A stretch of DNA of 64,000 nucleotides from a virus. Position 1 is the stretch's first letter. Every line of letters begins with the position of its first letter. Position numbers and translations under genes: made by a program. The notes under the pieces are model-generated. The model did no database searches, was not told the DNA's origin, and saw only the letters and a list, made by a program, of their open reading frames with translations. Of this stretch, positions 37,414 through 47,499 are shown one piece after another. The stretch spans positions 64,001-128,000 of the IMG/VR virus record IMGVR_UViG_3300028388_004772; one strand, 5' to 3'.

Positions 37414-39396
37414 TTAGCCCTCGCATGCTCGACATTCATCTGTTTCTATTGTAATTGGTTTATTAAGGTACGCCATTAATTCGTCATAACCACCAACATA
37501 CTGTCCTTCCACATAAATTTGTGGCACGGTCTTCACTTTACGACCAGTTACTTCGGCCGCGGTTTTACCAATCTCTTCCAGATCGATAAACTCAAATGGG
37601 ATATCCCTGAGCTCAAGCTCTTCTTTTGCTTGAGTACAGAAAGGACAATTAACCTTACCGTATACTAAGGTTCTCATGTCATCTTGTAATGCTACTCGCT
37701 CAACCTTCTCTGATACATTCTCAGCACGAGATTTTGCTTCTGTACGAAGGTAATATAATCCCTTAAGCTTTTCCTTCCATGCCTTGAGATGTACTTTATT
37801 AACATAAGATTTTTCTGCACCGGCCGGGAAGAAGAGATTAACCGATTGGCCTTGGCAGATAAACGGCTGTCGATCAGCTGCATGCTGTACGACCCAGTTC
37901 TGATCAAGTTCCTGCGCAGTTTTAAATACCGCTTTTTCGCCTTCGGTGAGCTCGGGCAAGTGTTGAACCGATCCCTTATTAGTAATAATCGATGTCCAGG
38001 TAGTTTCATTATTTATACCATGAGCGTCAAGAACTTCTTCTAAATACTTATTCTTTACAAGATGTGATCCCGCTCTTGTACGATGTGTGTATGCATTTGC
38101 CTTGAGAGGCTCGATTGATGGGGATGTTCCAACAATAAGTCCTGAACTTGCATTAGGAGCAATCGCCAGTAAGTGAGCGAAACGTAAACCGGTACCATAT
38201 CCATCTAAATATTCTCCTCTTTGTTCTGCTAGCCGTTGCGAAGATGCCACAGCTCGATTCTTGATCGTAGAAAATACAACATGATTGATCTCCTGAGCCT
38301 TTTCACTTTCCCAAGCAACCCCGTGCTTTTGGAGAAGTGAATGGAAGCCCATTGCTCCCAGGCCAATCGATCTCTCTCTTGCTGCAGAATAGCGAGCCCT
38401 TGAAATTTCATCTGGTGCATTTTCGATAAAGTATTCAAGTACGTTGTCCAGCATCGTGACGAGATCTTCAACAATAGTGGTATTTTTCCACTCATCGTAG
38501 AACTCCAGATTGAGAGATGATAGGCAACAAACCGCAGTACGGTCAGCGCCGGTAGGTAAATGAATTTCATTGCAAAGATTTGAGCCATTGATTCTTAACC
38601 CCTTATCTTTTAATGCTTGAGGTAAGTGTCTATTTGCTTCATCAATGAAATTCAAATATGGCTCACCTGTTCTAAAACGAACTTCAATAATTCTTTCCCA
38701 TAATTTACGAGCATTAACGGTTTCTTTTACAGATCCATCCTTTGGATCTCTCAGATCAAAATCACTGTTTGAAACTACAGCTTCCATAAATTCATCAGTG
38801 ATATTAATAGCGTTATGTAAGTTCAATGCCTTACGTTGTACGTCTCCGGTCGGAATACGCATATTCAAGAATTCTGAAATATCTGGATGAGATACATCCA
38901 TGTAAGCAGCATATGATCCCTTTCTCGTCTTACCCTGACGATAAGCAATCATATCAGCATCCACTGTATGGAGAAAGGGAATAGGACCAGGAGCCTTATC
39001 CGATACTGTACGGACATCAGACCAATGTCCGCCAACACCACCACCCATGATGGAAAGCCAACGAAGTTCTGATGAATGAGAGATCAGACCTTCTAATGTA
39101 TCAGGAACGTAAGTAAGAAAACAAGAGATCGGAAGACCGTATCCTTCTACCTTTCCATTTGGTGCATTGGATAGTACAGGAGAGGCAAACATAAACCATC
39201 TTTTACTCACATACTCATAAAGACGCTGTGCAAGATCAGCATCCATTTCACCCTTATATGTTGACCATGCAGCTGATGCTCGTGCATAGGCTTCTTGTGG
39301 AGAAGCCTCATTACCTCGCATATAGAAATCCTTGAGCATCCCTATAGCGTAGTCGGTAAGTAGGTCATCTCTGCTTTTATCTATTTTTATTGACAT
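37414..39396 (-). CDS. nrdA: Ribonucleotide reductase class I alpha subunit with an internal glutaredoxin domain
   Basis: ISCF, SNLCNEI, AIAPNASS, GLYYLR; Grx CPFC...TVPQIY..GGY before the C-terminal CRACEG. Confidence 0.95.
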   Translation of the reverse strand: MSIKIDKSRDDLLTDYAIGMLKDFYMRGNEASPQEAYARASAAWSTYKGEMDADLAQRLYEYVSKRWFMFASPVLSNAPNGKVEGYGLPISCFLTYVPDTLEGLISHSSELRWLSIMGGGVGGHWSDVRTVSDKAPGPIPFLHTVDADMIAYRQGKTRKGSYAAYMDVSHPDISEFLNMRIPTGDVQRKALNLHNAINITDEFMEAVVSNSDFDLRDPKDGSVKETVNARKLWERIIEVRFRTGEPYLNFIDEANRHLPQALKDKGLRINGSNLCNEIHLPTGADRTAVCCLSSLNLEFYDEWKNTTIVEDLVTMLDNVLEYFIENAPDEISRARYSAARERSIGLGAMGFHSLLQKHGVAWESEKAQEINHVVFSTIKNRAVASSQRLAEQRGEYLDGYGTGLRFAHLLAIAPNASSGLIVGTSPSIEPLKANAYTHRTRAGSHLVKNKYLEEVLDAHGINNETTWTSIITNKGSVQHLPELTEGEKAVFKTAQELDQNWVVQHAADRQPFICQGQSVNLFFPAGAEKSYVNKVHLKAWKEKLKGLYYLRTEAKSRAENVSEKVERVALQDDMRTLVYGKVNCPFCTQAKEELELRDIPFEFIDLEEIGKTAAEVTGRKVKTVPQIYVEGQYVGGYDELMAYLNKPITIETDECRACEG

Positions 39397-39422
39397 TAAT
39401 TAATTGCCTCGTGTAAAACGGT

Positions 39423-39452
39423 ATTATACACTAAGTCTCATAGTCTGTAAAC
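39423..39452 (-). promoter_or_regulatory. Sigma70/T4 early-type promoter for nrdAB
   Basis: GTTTACA-N17-TATAAT. Confidence 0.65.
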
Positions 39453-39871
39453 TACTGATTATTATCTTGCTCTTGTTGAGCTGAGGGGCTTACGGCTTCT
39501 TCGTAGTATACTATGATTTCAGTTTGTTGATTTATGTATCTTCTTAGCTCTCCGATGTTGAGAGCTAAGTTCTCGTAGTCCTTTACCGACAAAGCGATAA
39601 AGGCCAGATCACCATTGGTGTCTGTAAACTCTTTGATAAAGTCATCAAGATTGTCTTTATTGACAACGTAGATTCTTGTATCAGTTAGTTGTATTGGTTT
39701 CGGGCGTGCTACCGTTGGTACCGTTGTCTTCTCGACCTTGGTTACTACTTTGATCTCCGGTTCCGGTTGGCTGCTGAACGGGTTCAGGCTGCAGCCAGTT
39801 AGGAAGAGGAGTGTCCCCAGTACCACCAGTGTCTTGCTCGAGATCACGCCAAAGTTTTGCTGTTGCGCCAT
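39452..39871 (-). CDS. Outer-membrane spanin (lipoprotein)
   Basis: Lipobox LFLTGC; ALSVKDYENLALN...IIVYYE; overlaps the i-spanin. Confidence 0.8.
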   Translation of the reverse strand: MAQQQNFGVISSKTLVVLGTLLFLTGCSLNPFSSQPEPEIKVVTKVEKTTVPTVARPKPIQLTDTRIYVVNKDNLDDFIKEFTDTNGDLAFIALSVKDYENLALNIGELRRYINQQTEIIVYYEEAVSPSAQQEQDNNQ

Positions 39872-40196
39872 TCATCTTACCTTCTAATAATCCAGGCTTC
39901 TTTAGAGCCAATGCAGTTAAATCATGTCTGCGTAGCTTTGATTGAAGTTCATCGCCGTATTGTTCGGCTTTTTGTAATTGTGTTTGTAATTGGTTATTTA
40001 ATTCTTGAAACTTAGCCATGTCCTGTTGTAGTGTCTGCAGACTGGCTTCACTGGTTTCGATGGCAACTTCTAATTTGGCATTATTCTCGCGTAACGTGGC
40101 AATGCGCGCTTGGGTATCTTGATAGTACCACACACCTGCATATCCTACAGAGGCAAGTATTCCTAGTACTATGACCATGACATAAATTTTAATCAT
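39681..40196 (-). CDS. Inner-membrane spanin
   Basis: N-terminal TM, long coiled coil, KPGLLE motif. Confidence 0.8.
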   Translation of the reverse strand: MIKIYVMVIVLGILASVGYAGVWYYQDTQARIATLRENNAKLEVAIETSEASLQTLQQDMAKFQELNNQLQTQLQKAEQYGDELQSKLRRHDLTALALKKPGLLEGKMNGATAKLWRDLEQDTGGTGDTPLPNWLQPEPVQQPTGTGDQSSNQGREDNGTNGSTPETNTTN

Positions 40197-40369
40197 TTTG
40201 GATCTTCGACGTACTTTCTAAATCTTTTAAGTAGGACAGGCACTTGATCTTTTTTACGTCTGCGATCAGTGACGTTAGTAGTTTTGAGGCGAGGTCCCAT
40301 AGCAGTTTGAGCAGGATTGGGAATTGAAGCTGTAGAGGTTGCTGGAGCGTCTTCTTTTACTTTTTTCAT
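40193..40369 (-). CDS. Hypothetical protein
   Basis: KEDAPATSTASI...DRRRKK; ATGA coupling. Confidence 0.6.
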   Translation of the reverse strand: MKKVKEDAPATSTASIPNPAQTAMGPRLKTTNVTDRRRKKDQVPVLLKRFRKYVEDPK

Positions 40370-40950
40370 TTCGTTAATTCCTGCGCAGAGACATATATCT
40401 CGCGTCCAGTGTTTAAATGTGTTGCCTTGTATATATCTATACCAAGGACATTTCCAATAGGATAACAATCCTCATTGATTTTTATTTTATCTTTTGCTCT
40501 GACCAATTCATCGAATGTATCGTTCAATAATTTAGCTTCTGATAACTTGTATACACCAGGCGATAACATCTTATCGTCTACTATGAACCATGTATTCTCG
40601 ACCATCAGGTCAGTTGTATCAACGTGCAATTTATTTATAATTTCATCGATTGCACGATCGTTCAGACTGTATTGTTCTTTGATTAGAAATAGAGCAGCAG
40701 CGAAACTTCCGATTTTGGAGGATCCACCTGGAATCTTGGAGAGCAGCCGTTTAATGTTAGCAGCCATACGAATAAAAGGAGTGTAGGCAGATTTCTTCTC
40801 ATCTGTATCAAGTTTGACATTCTTGTCTCTCTTGCCTTCTTCGTCTATGATTCCTAGCTTATAGGCATCCCAATCCTTCCAATCAAGGACAAGCATGCGA
40901 ATGAATCTAAAGGTAAATGCTAGGTCGGCTGCTCTTTTTACAATTCCCAT
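40366..40950 (-). CDS. Conserved T4-like hypothetical protein
   Basis: FRFIRML..W..WDAYKLGIIDEEG...AAALFLIKE. Confidence 0.75.
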   Translation of the reverse strand: MGIVKRAADLAFTFRFIRMLVLDWKDWDAYKLGIIDEEGKRDKNVKLDTDEKKSAYTPFIRMAANIKRLLSKIPGGSSKIGSFAAALFLIKEQYSLNDRAIDEIINKLHVDTTDLMVENTWFIVDDKMLSPGVYKLSEAKLLNDTFDELVRAKDKIKINEDCYPIGNVLGIDIYKATHLNTGREIYVSAQELTK

Positions 40951-41318
40951 TATATTTCTCTCAATCTTTTTACTACTGTCTTATCCATTTCAATATCTGT
41001 TAGCTGCTCGTTGGTGATATATCTAAGGAAGATTAAAAATGGTTTGATGACAGGCCAGTGTTTTTCATCGAGTTTCAACTCTAGAATATTTAAGGTGGCC
41101 TCAACACCAAAGACATTGAAGACCACCACCAGATGATTTAAAATTAACCTCTCAGCCAGATCATCATGTTCTAGGTAACGGTTTGTTAATCTCTTAATAT
41201 ATTTGAACCGTTTTAGATCTTCATAAAAATCATCAATATCCGAGAAGGTCGGATTATCATAATGTTTGGCAGCATAGAGAAATAAATTCTCTTCAGTTAA
41301 TTTTTCAAATACAAGCAT
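40950..41318 (-). CDS. Conserved T4-like hypothetical protein
   Basis: YAAKHYDNP...FYEDLKRFKYIKRL...ERLILNH. Confidence 0.78.
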   Translation of the reverse strand: MLVFEKLTEENLFLYAAKHYDNPTFSDIDDFYEDLKRFKYIKRLTNRYLEHDDLAERLILNHLVVVFNVFGVEATLNILELKLDEKHWPVIKPFLIFLRYITNEQLTDIEMDKTVVKRLREI

Positions 41319-41354
41319 TTAATACCCTTAAAATGTATAAGAGTATATATTGCT

Positions 41355-41615
41355 TTAATTAGTGAATCTACTAATAAAAGATGTCTTAGGAGCTGGTTCA
41401 ACCTCAGGCTCTACTTCTTCTACAGGAGCTTCTTCCACAACTGGTTTAGCTTTAGGCTTACGAGCTCTTTTTGGCTTAGGAGCTTCAACAACCGGTGCAG
41501 GTTTTACTACACCGTTGAGTTGATCAGCTTTTTCCTGAGTCATTTTCTGAGCCTTGAGAAGCTCACCTGTCTTAGGGTTAACCCAACCTTTTACTGTAGC
41601 CTTTGCGTTTTTCAT
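41355..41615 (-). CDS. Hypothetical Pro/Lys/Glu-rich protein
   Basis: [11 protein letters not shown] start. Confidence 0.6.
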   Translation of the reverse strand: MKNAKATVKGWVNPKTGELLKAQKMTQEKADQLNGVVKPAPVVEAPKPKRARKPKAKPVVEEAPVEEVEPEVEPAPKTSFISRFTN

Positions 41616-42355
41616 TTTTGTATTTCCTTATAAGCAGCAGCAATTGATCTCACTGTTTGTGAGAATGATTCTTTCATACCGCCCTTCTTAGTAATATCTT
41701 CTGGTGGATTAATAATGTTTTTATCACCTTTAGCATTCATATCAGTAGGATTCTTTGGTGAAACCTTTGCTTGCTTCTCAGCTTTTGCATTATCATCCGT
41801 TGCTTTCTTGATGTCAGCCATTACTTCAGGCTTATGATCAGCTGCCATCTTCTTAGCAGATGGTGACCAATTATCATCATATTCTTGCTTCTGCTCAGTG
41901 TTGCCGTGATCTTTCTTTTCAAGAACAGACAACAACTTTTCTCTGATAGACATATCAGTAGACTCCTTTTTAACAACATCTCTGTCAGCTGGGACCATGC
42001 GTGTATGTTTCTTACCGTCTGGTGCAACAAACACTTCGGGTTTCTTATCAGCTGATCTTACATTTTCAGTAGTTGACTTACTTTCACTTTTAGGATTCAT
42101 GACAGCAGTTTCGCCAGTTTCACCCTTTGGATCGTCTTTACCAGACTTTTTAATAGCCTTGGCAATTGTCTTACGACGATTATGAAGATACTTGTCTGTC
42201 TTATCTCTATCTCCATCGTTATCGATGTCACCATCTTCTTGTCCGACAGGATCGAGCTTAGAGTTGTACAAACCTTTCTTCATTTTTTCTTTTGAAGACA
42301 TTTTTTCAGTGACCTCTTGATAAGCGCGGGCCAACGCTTCGATTTCTTTTTTCAT
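41612..42355 (-). CDS. Putative head-associated protein with a DxDNDGD loop
   Basis: [29 protein letters not shown] motif. Confidence 0.65.
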   Translation of the reverse strand: MKKEIEALARAYQEVTEKMSSKEKMKKGLYNSKLDPVGQEDGDIDNDGDRDKTDKYLHNRRKTIAKAIKKSGKDDPKGETGETAVMNPKSESKSTTENVRSADKKPEVFVAPDGKKHTRMVPADRDVVKKESTDMSIREKLLSVLEKKDHGNTEQKQEYDDNWSPSAKKMAADHKPEVMADIKKATDDNAKAEKQAKVSPKNPTDMNAKGDKNIINPPEDITKKGGMKESFSQTVRSIAAAYKEIQK

Positions 42356-42645
42356 TAAATTATACCTACTAGTTGTGTTACTACCGACCCTGTTACGGCC
42401 ACTAATACAATCCAGAACAATTTGTTTATTACACCAATTGTTCTATGATTATCTCTGCACACTCTTTCAATTTCATCTAATTTTTCAGAGTGTCTATTTA
42501 ATCTTTCATGCATGTCAGCATGATCGCCTTGAAGATTTACAATCTTTTCTTCGGCGCGTGCCATTGCGACCATAGCTTCAGCAAGCTTGTCGAGTTTTTC
42601 CTCGATTCGATCGAGACGAGTTGTTTGAGTTTCGCGGGTAGCCAT
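42355..42645 (-). CDS. Coiled-coil protein with a C-terminal TM helix
   Basis: [21 protein letters not shown]; hydrophobic C-terminus. Confidence 0.7.
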   Translation of the reverse strand: MATRETQTTRLDRIEEKLDKLAEAMVAMARAEEKIVNLQGDHADMHERLNRHSEKLDEIERVCRDNHRTIGVINKLFWIVLVAVTGSVVTQLVGII

Positions 42646-42657
42646 TTCTTATCCTTA

Positions 42658-43008
42658 TTAATTATCTACCTTTGCTCCAGCCCGCCATTGGTAACAAGAC
42701 CAATATCTTGCCTTCCATTTTGGACCTGGATTGTCACAATTGTGACGTGCTCTAAAACTTTTACGACGATTGGGATCATCTCTCTTAATTGACAAGTTGG
42801 GATCACCAAAGTTTACTTTAACTACGTTACCCTTATCATTCTTGACATATACAGAAAACTTCTTGGGTCCACTTGGAGTACGGAACGGATCATTCAATGT
42901 CACCTTTCTCCCTTGGTACTCTGCTTCTGTCAGTTCGAGCTGTTCAAACAACTCATCACATTCGCACGTGTCGTCGATCCACTCTTCTCTAAACTTCTTG
43001 AAACCCAT
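42658..43008 (-). CDS. Putative internal head protein
   Basis: CTS-like MGFKKFREE; KVNFGDP...RRKSFRARHNC...ARYWSC. Confidence 0.7.
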   Translation of the reverse strand: MGFKKFREEWIDDTCECDELFEQLELTEAEYQGRKVTLNDPFRTPSGPKKFSVYVKNDKGNVVKVNFGDPNLSIKRDDPNRRKSFRARHNCDNPGPKWKARYWSCYQWRAGAKVDN

Positions 43009-43544
43009 TAGTCTTTCCTCAACCAATTAAATCTTTTTTCTGGAGGAACAGATGTTCCTGGTGATACAGGCTTTCTTTCAAACTTCTTTGGTTCATACTT
43101 CTTACGAGTTTCTGGATCCATCTGCGACTTATAGAAGTCATCATGTTTACCAACACCATGCTTTTTCAACGCTCTGTTCATTCGAATCTGAGCTGTTGTA
43201 GGCATAGCAGCTTCTTTTTTCTGGCCGGGAGTCATTTTCCTAGCATGAGCAGCTGCTTCCGGTGTACCTTCCTCGTATTTATACTCTTCACTAATCGCCA
43301 AATGTTTAGGAAGTTTACCTTGTTTGACCAAATCATTGAGCTTATCAATTAATTGATTTCCATCACGTGGAGACAATCCCATCATCTTAATAGCTTGTTG
43401 TACACCACGCGCACCCTGGCCAGGATTTTTCTTCCGCCAGTTTAAATAAGCTCTAACAAGTTTTTTCATCTTAGGTGCCATAACTGCTTTATGCAGCCAC
43501 TGGGGCCCCATAGATTCTTGTCTCAGATTTCTAAACTTCTTCAT
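43008..43544 (-). CDS. Putative internal head protein
   Basis: MKKFRNLRQE start; YEEGTPE...KMTPGQ. Confidence 0.65.
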   Translation of the reverse strand: MKKFRNLRQESMGPQWLHKAVMAPKMKKLVRAYLNWRKKNPGQGARGVQQAIKMMGLSPRDGNQLIDKLNDLVKQGKLPKHLAISEEYKYEEGTPEAAAHARKMTPGQKKEAAMPTTAQIRMNRALKKHGVGKHDDFYKSQMDPETRKKYEPKKFERKPVSPGTSVPPEKRFNWLRKD

Positions 43545-45498
43545 CACCCTTTCCGTATGCATAAAGAGATTTCAAGTAATCGTTAGCCTTGGTCAACTTA
43601 TTCTGGTACCATTCTTCCATATCACCCTGATTACCGACTCTCTGTTCGATACCATCAAGGAAATGTCTCATTGCCTTAATTTGCTTCATTGCCATCTTTG
43701 TTTCTTCTGCACCACCGGTATCAGTAGAATCAACAGCCTCACCCATTGGACGACCCTGTGCCTTTTGACGATAAGCTTTCTTTACTTCCATGTCAGTATA
43801 TCTTTCAACATTCTTGATCATGGATGGTTGTTTAACAATTTTACGGAGATTAGCTAAAATCTCCGCAGATGATTTACCTTGAATGAAAGTTGGAGGCAAC
43901 CCTTCAATATCTACTTTGAATTGAGCTGCCTCTTCAATCTTTCCCTCAGGAAGCTTTCTCCCTTTGGCTCTGTTCTTAAATGCAGTACTTACAGCATCAG
44001 CAGCTGCTGAAGGATTCATTCCTTTCTTACGTGCTTTGTTGTAAGCTGTACCAGGTGGAATAACAGCTGGTCCATAATTTTTCTTAACAGCAGCTGGATC
44101 CTGTTTAGCATGACGTGCATCGCGATCAGCTCTGCGCTTCTTCATATAATCTTGAACTGCAGGAGACTTAGACATAGAAAACTTCAGATGATCTCTGAAC
44201 TTCTGATCAAATGACTTCGCTTCGTCGATATCTTCCTTTGCCATCTTCTTAGTAGCTGTCTCAACACCTTTCAAACGCTTCATAGATTTAGAGAAATCTT
44301 TGCCAGCTTGATCTGCTCTATTATCTTTAGCAGCTGAAGCAGCGCCATAAGCTTTTGATGCAGCATCTCTTGAAGCCTTATTGACATAAGAACCCAATGT
44401 ACTCTTCTTCAATTCAGATACAGTTTCTTCAGTCTTTGACTTTGAATTTGCCCATGATGGGTTATGATCGGGATCTTTCAAAGCTTGACGTGCTTTCTCG
44501 TTGTCAGCTTGACGCTTTTTCATGATATCACTATATCTTGAACCCATTTGAGCACGACGATGAGCTGCGGATTGTGGAGCTGAATTGTTTTCGCCCATCA
44601 TATCTTTGTCTTTTGACATGGCCTTCATAGCGTCACGTTCAGCTTTCTTTTTCTCTTTATTATACTTGTCACCAGCTTTCTTGATCATCTTGTAACGCTC
44701 GGGAGATCCAGCTTCTTCAATTGACTCGCGGCGCATTTTAGCACCCGGCATAAAGTCGCCAACATTATGACCATGCTTGTTTAATACAGATAATACCTTT
44801 TCACGCGGGGATGTATCGAGGTCACGTAAATGCTTGCTTAACTGTCCAAGATGTTGACCTTTATTCATAATATTAGCTCTACCGATATTCTCGATATGTT
44901 TAGCTGCAGTGTGGAAATCTTTCTTGTCAATACCACCGCTTTTGTTTGCATAATCTTTAAGCTCTTTTGCAGCTGATGCATACATGTCTTTAGCTTCGTC
45001 AAATTCAACAGACTCTCTGTAAGGTCTACGCTCATGCTTAACCTTCATACCCATATCATGAAGATCGTCTACTTCTGAATCAGAAATGTGTTCACCAGGA
45101 TTCAAACGACCTTTGACATTCTTACCCACCTGACCAACAGTATACTTTGTCTTGTCGGTCTTATGTGGATGCAAAGTTACATGATCAGGATGAACTGCTT
45201 CATTAACATCTTCTTTTTTCATTCCTCTGTCACGAGCCATCTTAGCAAGTTGTTTTGCTCTTGACAATGGAGAAGTAGCAGAACCGTCACTATTCTTCTT
45301 CATATTTTTCTTTGGTGGATCTGGGTCAAATGGAGGATTATCATGGGCCTCATTCTTAGGACCTTTCTTTGCATCCAAGTAAGCAGCAATCGCCATCTCG
45401 CGACGCTCCTTATCTGACTTACCGCTGAACTGAGGGGCATCAGACTTCTTGAAATCAGAAATCCACGCTCCCATTCCGTCTGATACTTTAAGTGGCAT
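43531..45498 (-). CDS. Large basic modular protein, putative protease-processed internal polyprotein
   Basis: DFKKSDAPQFSGKS..RREMAIAAYL N-terminus; many xxE-A/G junctions; EEWYQNKLTKANDYL C-terminus. Confidence 0.65.
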   Translation of the reverse strand: MPLKVSDGMGAWISDFKKSDAPQFSGKSDKERREMAIAAYLDAKKGPKNEAHDNPPFDPDPPKKNMKKNSDGSATSPLSRAKQLAKMARDRGMKKEDVNEAVHPDHVTLHPHKTDKTKYTVGQVGKNVKGRLNPGEHISDSEVDDLHDMGMKVKHERRPYRESVEFDEAKDMYASAAKELKDYANKSGGIDKKDFHTAAKHIENIGRANIMNKGQHLGQLSKHLRDLDTSPREKVLSVLNKHGHNVGDFMPGAKMRRESIEEAGSPERYKMIKKAGDKYNKEKKKAERDAMKAMSKDKDMMGENNSAPQSAAHRRAQMGSRYSDIMKKRQADNEKARQALKDPDHNPSWANSKSKTEETVSELKKSTLGSYVNKASRDAASKAYGAASAAKDNRADQAGKDFSKSMKRLKGVETATKKMAKEDIDEAKSFDQKFRDHLKFSMSKSPAVQDYMKKRRADRDARHAKQDPAAVKKNYGPAVIPPGTAYNKARKKGMNPSAAADAVSTAFKNRAKGRKLPEGKIEEAAQFKVDIEGLPPTFIQGKSSAEILANLRKIVKQPSMIKNVERYTDMEVKKAYRQKAQGRPMGEAVDSTDTGGAEETKMAMKQIKAMRHFLDGIEQRVGNQGDMEEWYQNKLTKANDYLKSLYAYGKGDEEV

Positions 45499-45500
45499 GT

Positions 45501-45707
45501 TTAACCTCCATGCATATTAATATAAAAGTTGGCTTGCTTCTTATCCGAAGTCGTAGCGTTTGGTCTATTTTTTAATGCTTTAACTTTTTGTAAAGTGATT
45601 GGTCCATCGATCTTAGCCTTGAGAGTACCAGGTGCACCTCTCTTACTATGACTCTTTTTGATAAGGTCTGCTGTCTTTCCTTCCATAAAGTTCTTGAAGG
45701 ACTTCAT
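45501..45707 (-). CDS. Putative internal head protein
   Basis: CTS-like MKSFKNFME; RGAPGTLKAKI...KQANFYINMH. Confidence 0.65.
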   Translation of the reverse strand: MKSFKNFMEGKTADLIKKSHSKRGAPGTLKAKIDGPITLQKVKALKNRPNATTSDKKQANFYINMHGG

Positions 45708-45940
45708 GCAAGATCCTTATCGTGATTGAGACCACCCTTTTTCTTTTTCACAATGAAAGCATTGACTCTTGCATGTCCCCATTGAGATGGAGTTGTTCCT
45801 GGTCTATGACCAGTCTTCCATGCTGCAACACCTCTGTTGTAAACTTTCTTTAACGTACCTACAGAAATACCTGACTTCTTTGCCTTATCAGCTAGAGACT
45901 TACCAGCCTCTTCCTCTATGTACTGTTGAAATTTGATCAT
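45704..45940 (-). CDS. DUF5824-like small protein
   Basis: LADKAKKSGIS..LKKVYNRGVAAWKTGHRPGTTPSQWGHARVNAF. Confidence 0.7.
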   Translation of the reverse strand: MIKFQQYIEEEAGKSLADKAKKSGISVGTLKKVYNRGVAAWKTGHRPGTTPSQWGHARVNAFIVKKKKGGLNHDKDLA

Positions 45941-47499
45941 TAAGAAGTCCTTCTGTTAATTCTTCTTGTTCTAGCAGAACGAGCTCTATCCATCATCGAG
46001 TCATGACGCTTCTTATCAGCAGCATCTCTTCTTCTTTCAATTTCTCTTTCACGAGAAATGCGATCTTTAACTCTTTCGATATTTTGCTCATTAGTAGGTT
46101 CTTTTAGCATATCTTTAAGCGTATCGATATGACTCTGATGATAATTGTGATCTTTCAACCCGGCTGCTTGAATGGCCGCTTTAGCCGGTTGCTGTCTCTT
46201 CTTCATCAAGTCAATATCAGCCTGAGTTGCATATCCTCGCTTCTTAGCATTATCTTCCACTTCAAGATAATGATCCACAGCTGATATTGCTTTATGGATT
46301 TCATTAGTATTGCCGTGCATTTTGATATCTTTTTTAAATGCTGTAATTGCACTAGGACAATGGTGGAGGTATTTGTATTGTTTTCCTCCTACAGCCGTAT
46401 CCTCACCAAACATTTGCTTGAAGGCTTTGGTGTACTTACTTGGCTTTGTCTTAGCAGTTGCATCACCAGGAGCTGGCTTGTAAGCAGCTGGATCATCGTC
46501 AGCCATTTTTGTTTGTTTCTTAAACTGAGCGTCTCTTTTTACTTTAGTCGACTTAGCCAAACCTTTATGGTATCTTGCTGGCTGAGTTCCTGGACGATCT
46601 TTGATATCTGGATCCTGAGCTTCGCTTAATGATTCCATTTTCACCGAGAAAGGAGCAACTTCGTATTCTACATTATTGTCTTCTACTTTCTCAACAGCAT
46701 CCAACCACTTACGATATTTGTTACCCGATCCTTCAACGATAACGTAATTAGAACCAAGTGTTTTGACTTTTGCTAGTTCACCAGTATCCTTGATGACAAC
46801 GGTATCACCTTCTTTGAAAAGTTCACCGTTGACATATGATTCTCTGATCTCTGATACCTGCTCGAGCTGAACGTGCTGTGTTGTTTCTTTTGCTTCTTTC
46901 AATCCCATTCCTTTACGGACAGCATTGTATAGAGCTTTTGTATCAGCATTAGAAACATTCTTTGGAATACCTTGACTGAACTTGGTAAAGTCCCCAAGCT
47001 TAGCTGCATCTCTCATCTTTGATGCAGACATTCCTTCTACGCCCTCTGCGTCAGGATCCCTGGCTCCAGCTGAAACAACTGTGATCTTATTGAAGTTATA
47101 GAATCCATGGCGTCCCTTGACCCCATTATATTTTTTCAATAGAATATCAAATTCAGGAACACGATCCCCACCAGCAACCATAACAAGGTTAACATATCCA
47201 TCGTTGTACAGCTGAGTGGCAGCATCAATAGCAGTTTTAATTTTTGTATTCATCATGATGCTTCTTGCATACTTAGGAAACATCTTTCTAGCGATCTTGA
47301 CTTTGTCTTTATATGAAAGAGGATTCTTCTTTTGGTCTTCTGACTGAGAGAGATATACGCGATAAGGGTTCTTACCCGCTTTTGATGCAAGTACCTGTAA
47401 AAGCTTCTCATGACCAATCGTCGGAGGATTCATTCTTCCGAACGTGAAATAAACTGTTTTTTCTTCTTCAACTAAGAAGCCTTTAAATGAACTAATCAC
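45940..47499 (-). CDS. HIGH-type cytidylyltransferase-like nucleotidyltransferase with C-terminal extensions
   Basis: FTFGRMNPPTIGHEKL, KKNPLSY, AGGDR, SAGARDPD, MSASKMR. Confidence 0.85.
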   Translation of the reverse strand: MISSFKGFLVEEEKTVYFTFGRMNPPTIGHEKLLQVLASKAGKNPYRVYLSQSEDQKKNPLSYKDKVKIARKMFPKYARSIMMNTKIKTAIDAATQLYNDGYVNLVMVAGGDRVPEFDILLKKYNGVKGRHGFYNFNKITVVSAGARDPDAEGVEGMSASKMRDAAKLGDFTKFSQGIPKNVSNADTKALYNAVRKGMGLKEAKETTQHVQLEQVSEIRESYVNGELFKEGDTVVIKDTGELAKVKTLGSNYVIVEGSGNKYRKWLDAVEKVEDNNVEYEVAPFSVKMESLSEAQDPDIKDRPGTQPARYHKGLAKSTKVKRDAQFKKQTKMADDDPAAYKPAPGDATAKTKPSKYTKAFKQMFGEDTAVGGKQYKYLHHCPSAITAFKKDIKMHGNTNEIHKAISAVDHYLEVEDNAKKRGYATQADIDLMKKRQQPAKAAIQAAGLKDHNYHQSHIDTLKDMLKEPTNEQNIERVKDRISREREIERRRDAADKKRHDSMMDRARSARTRRINRRTS

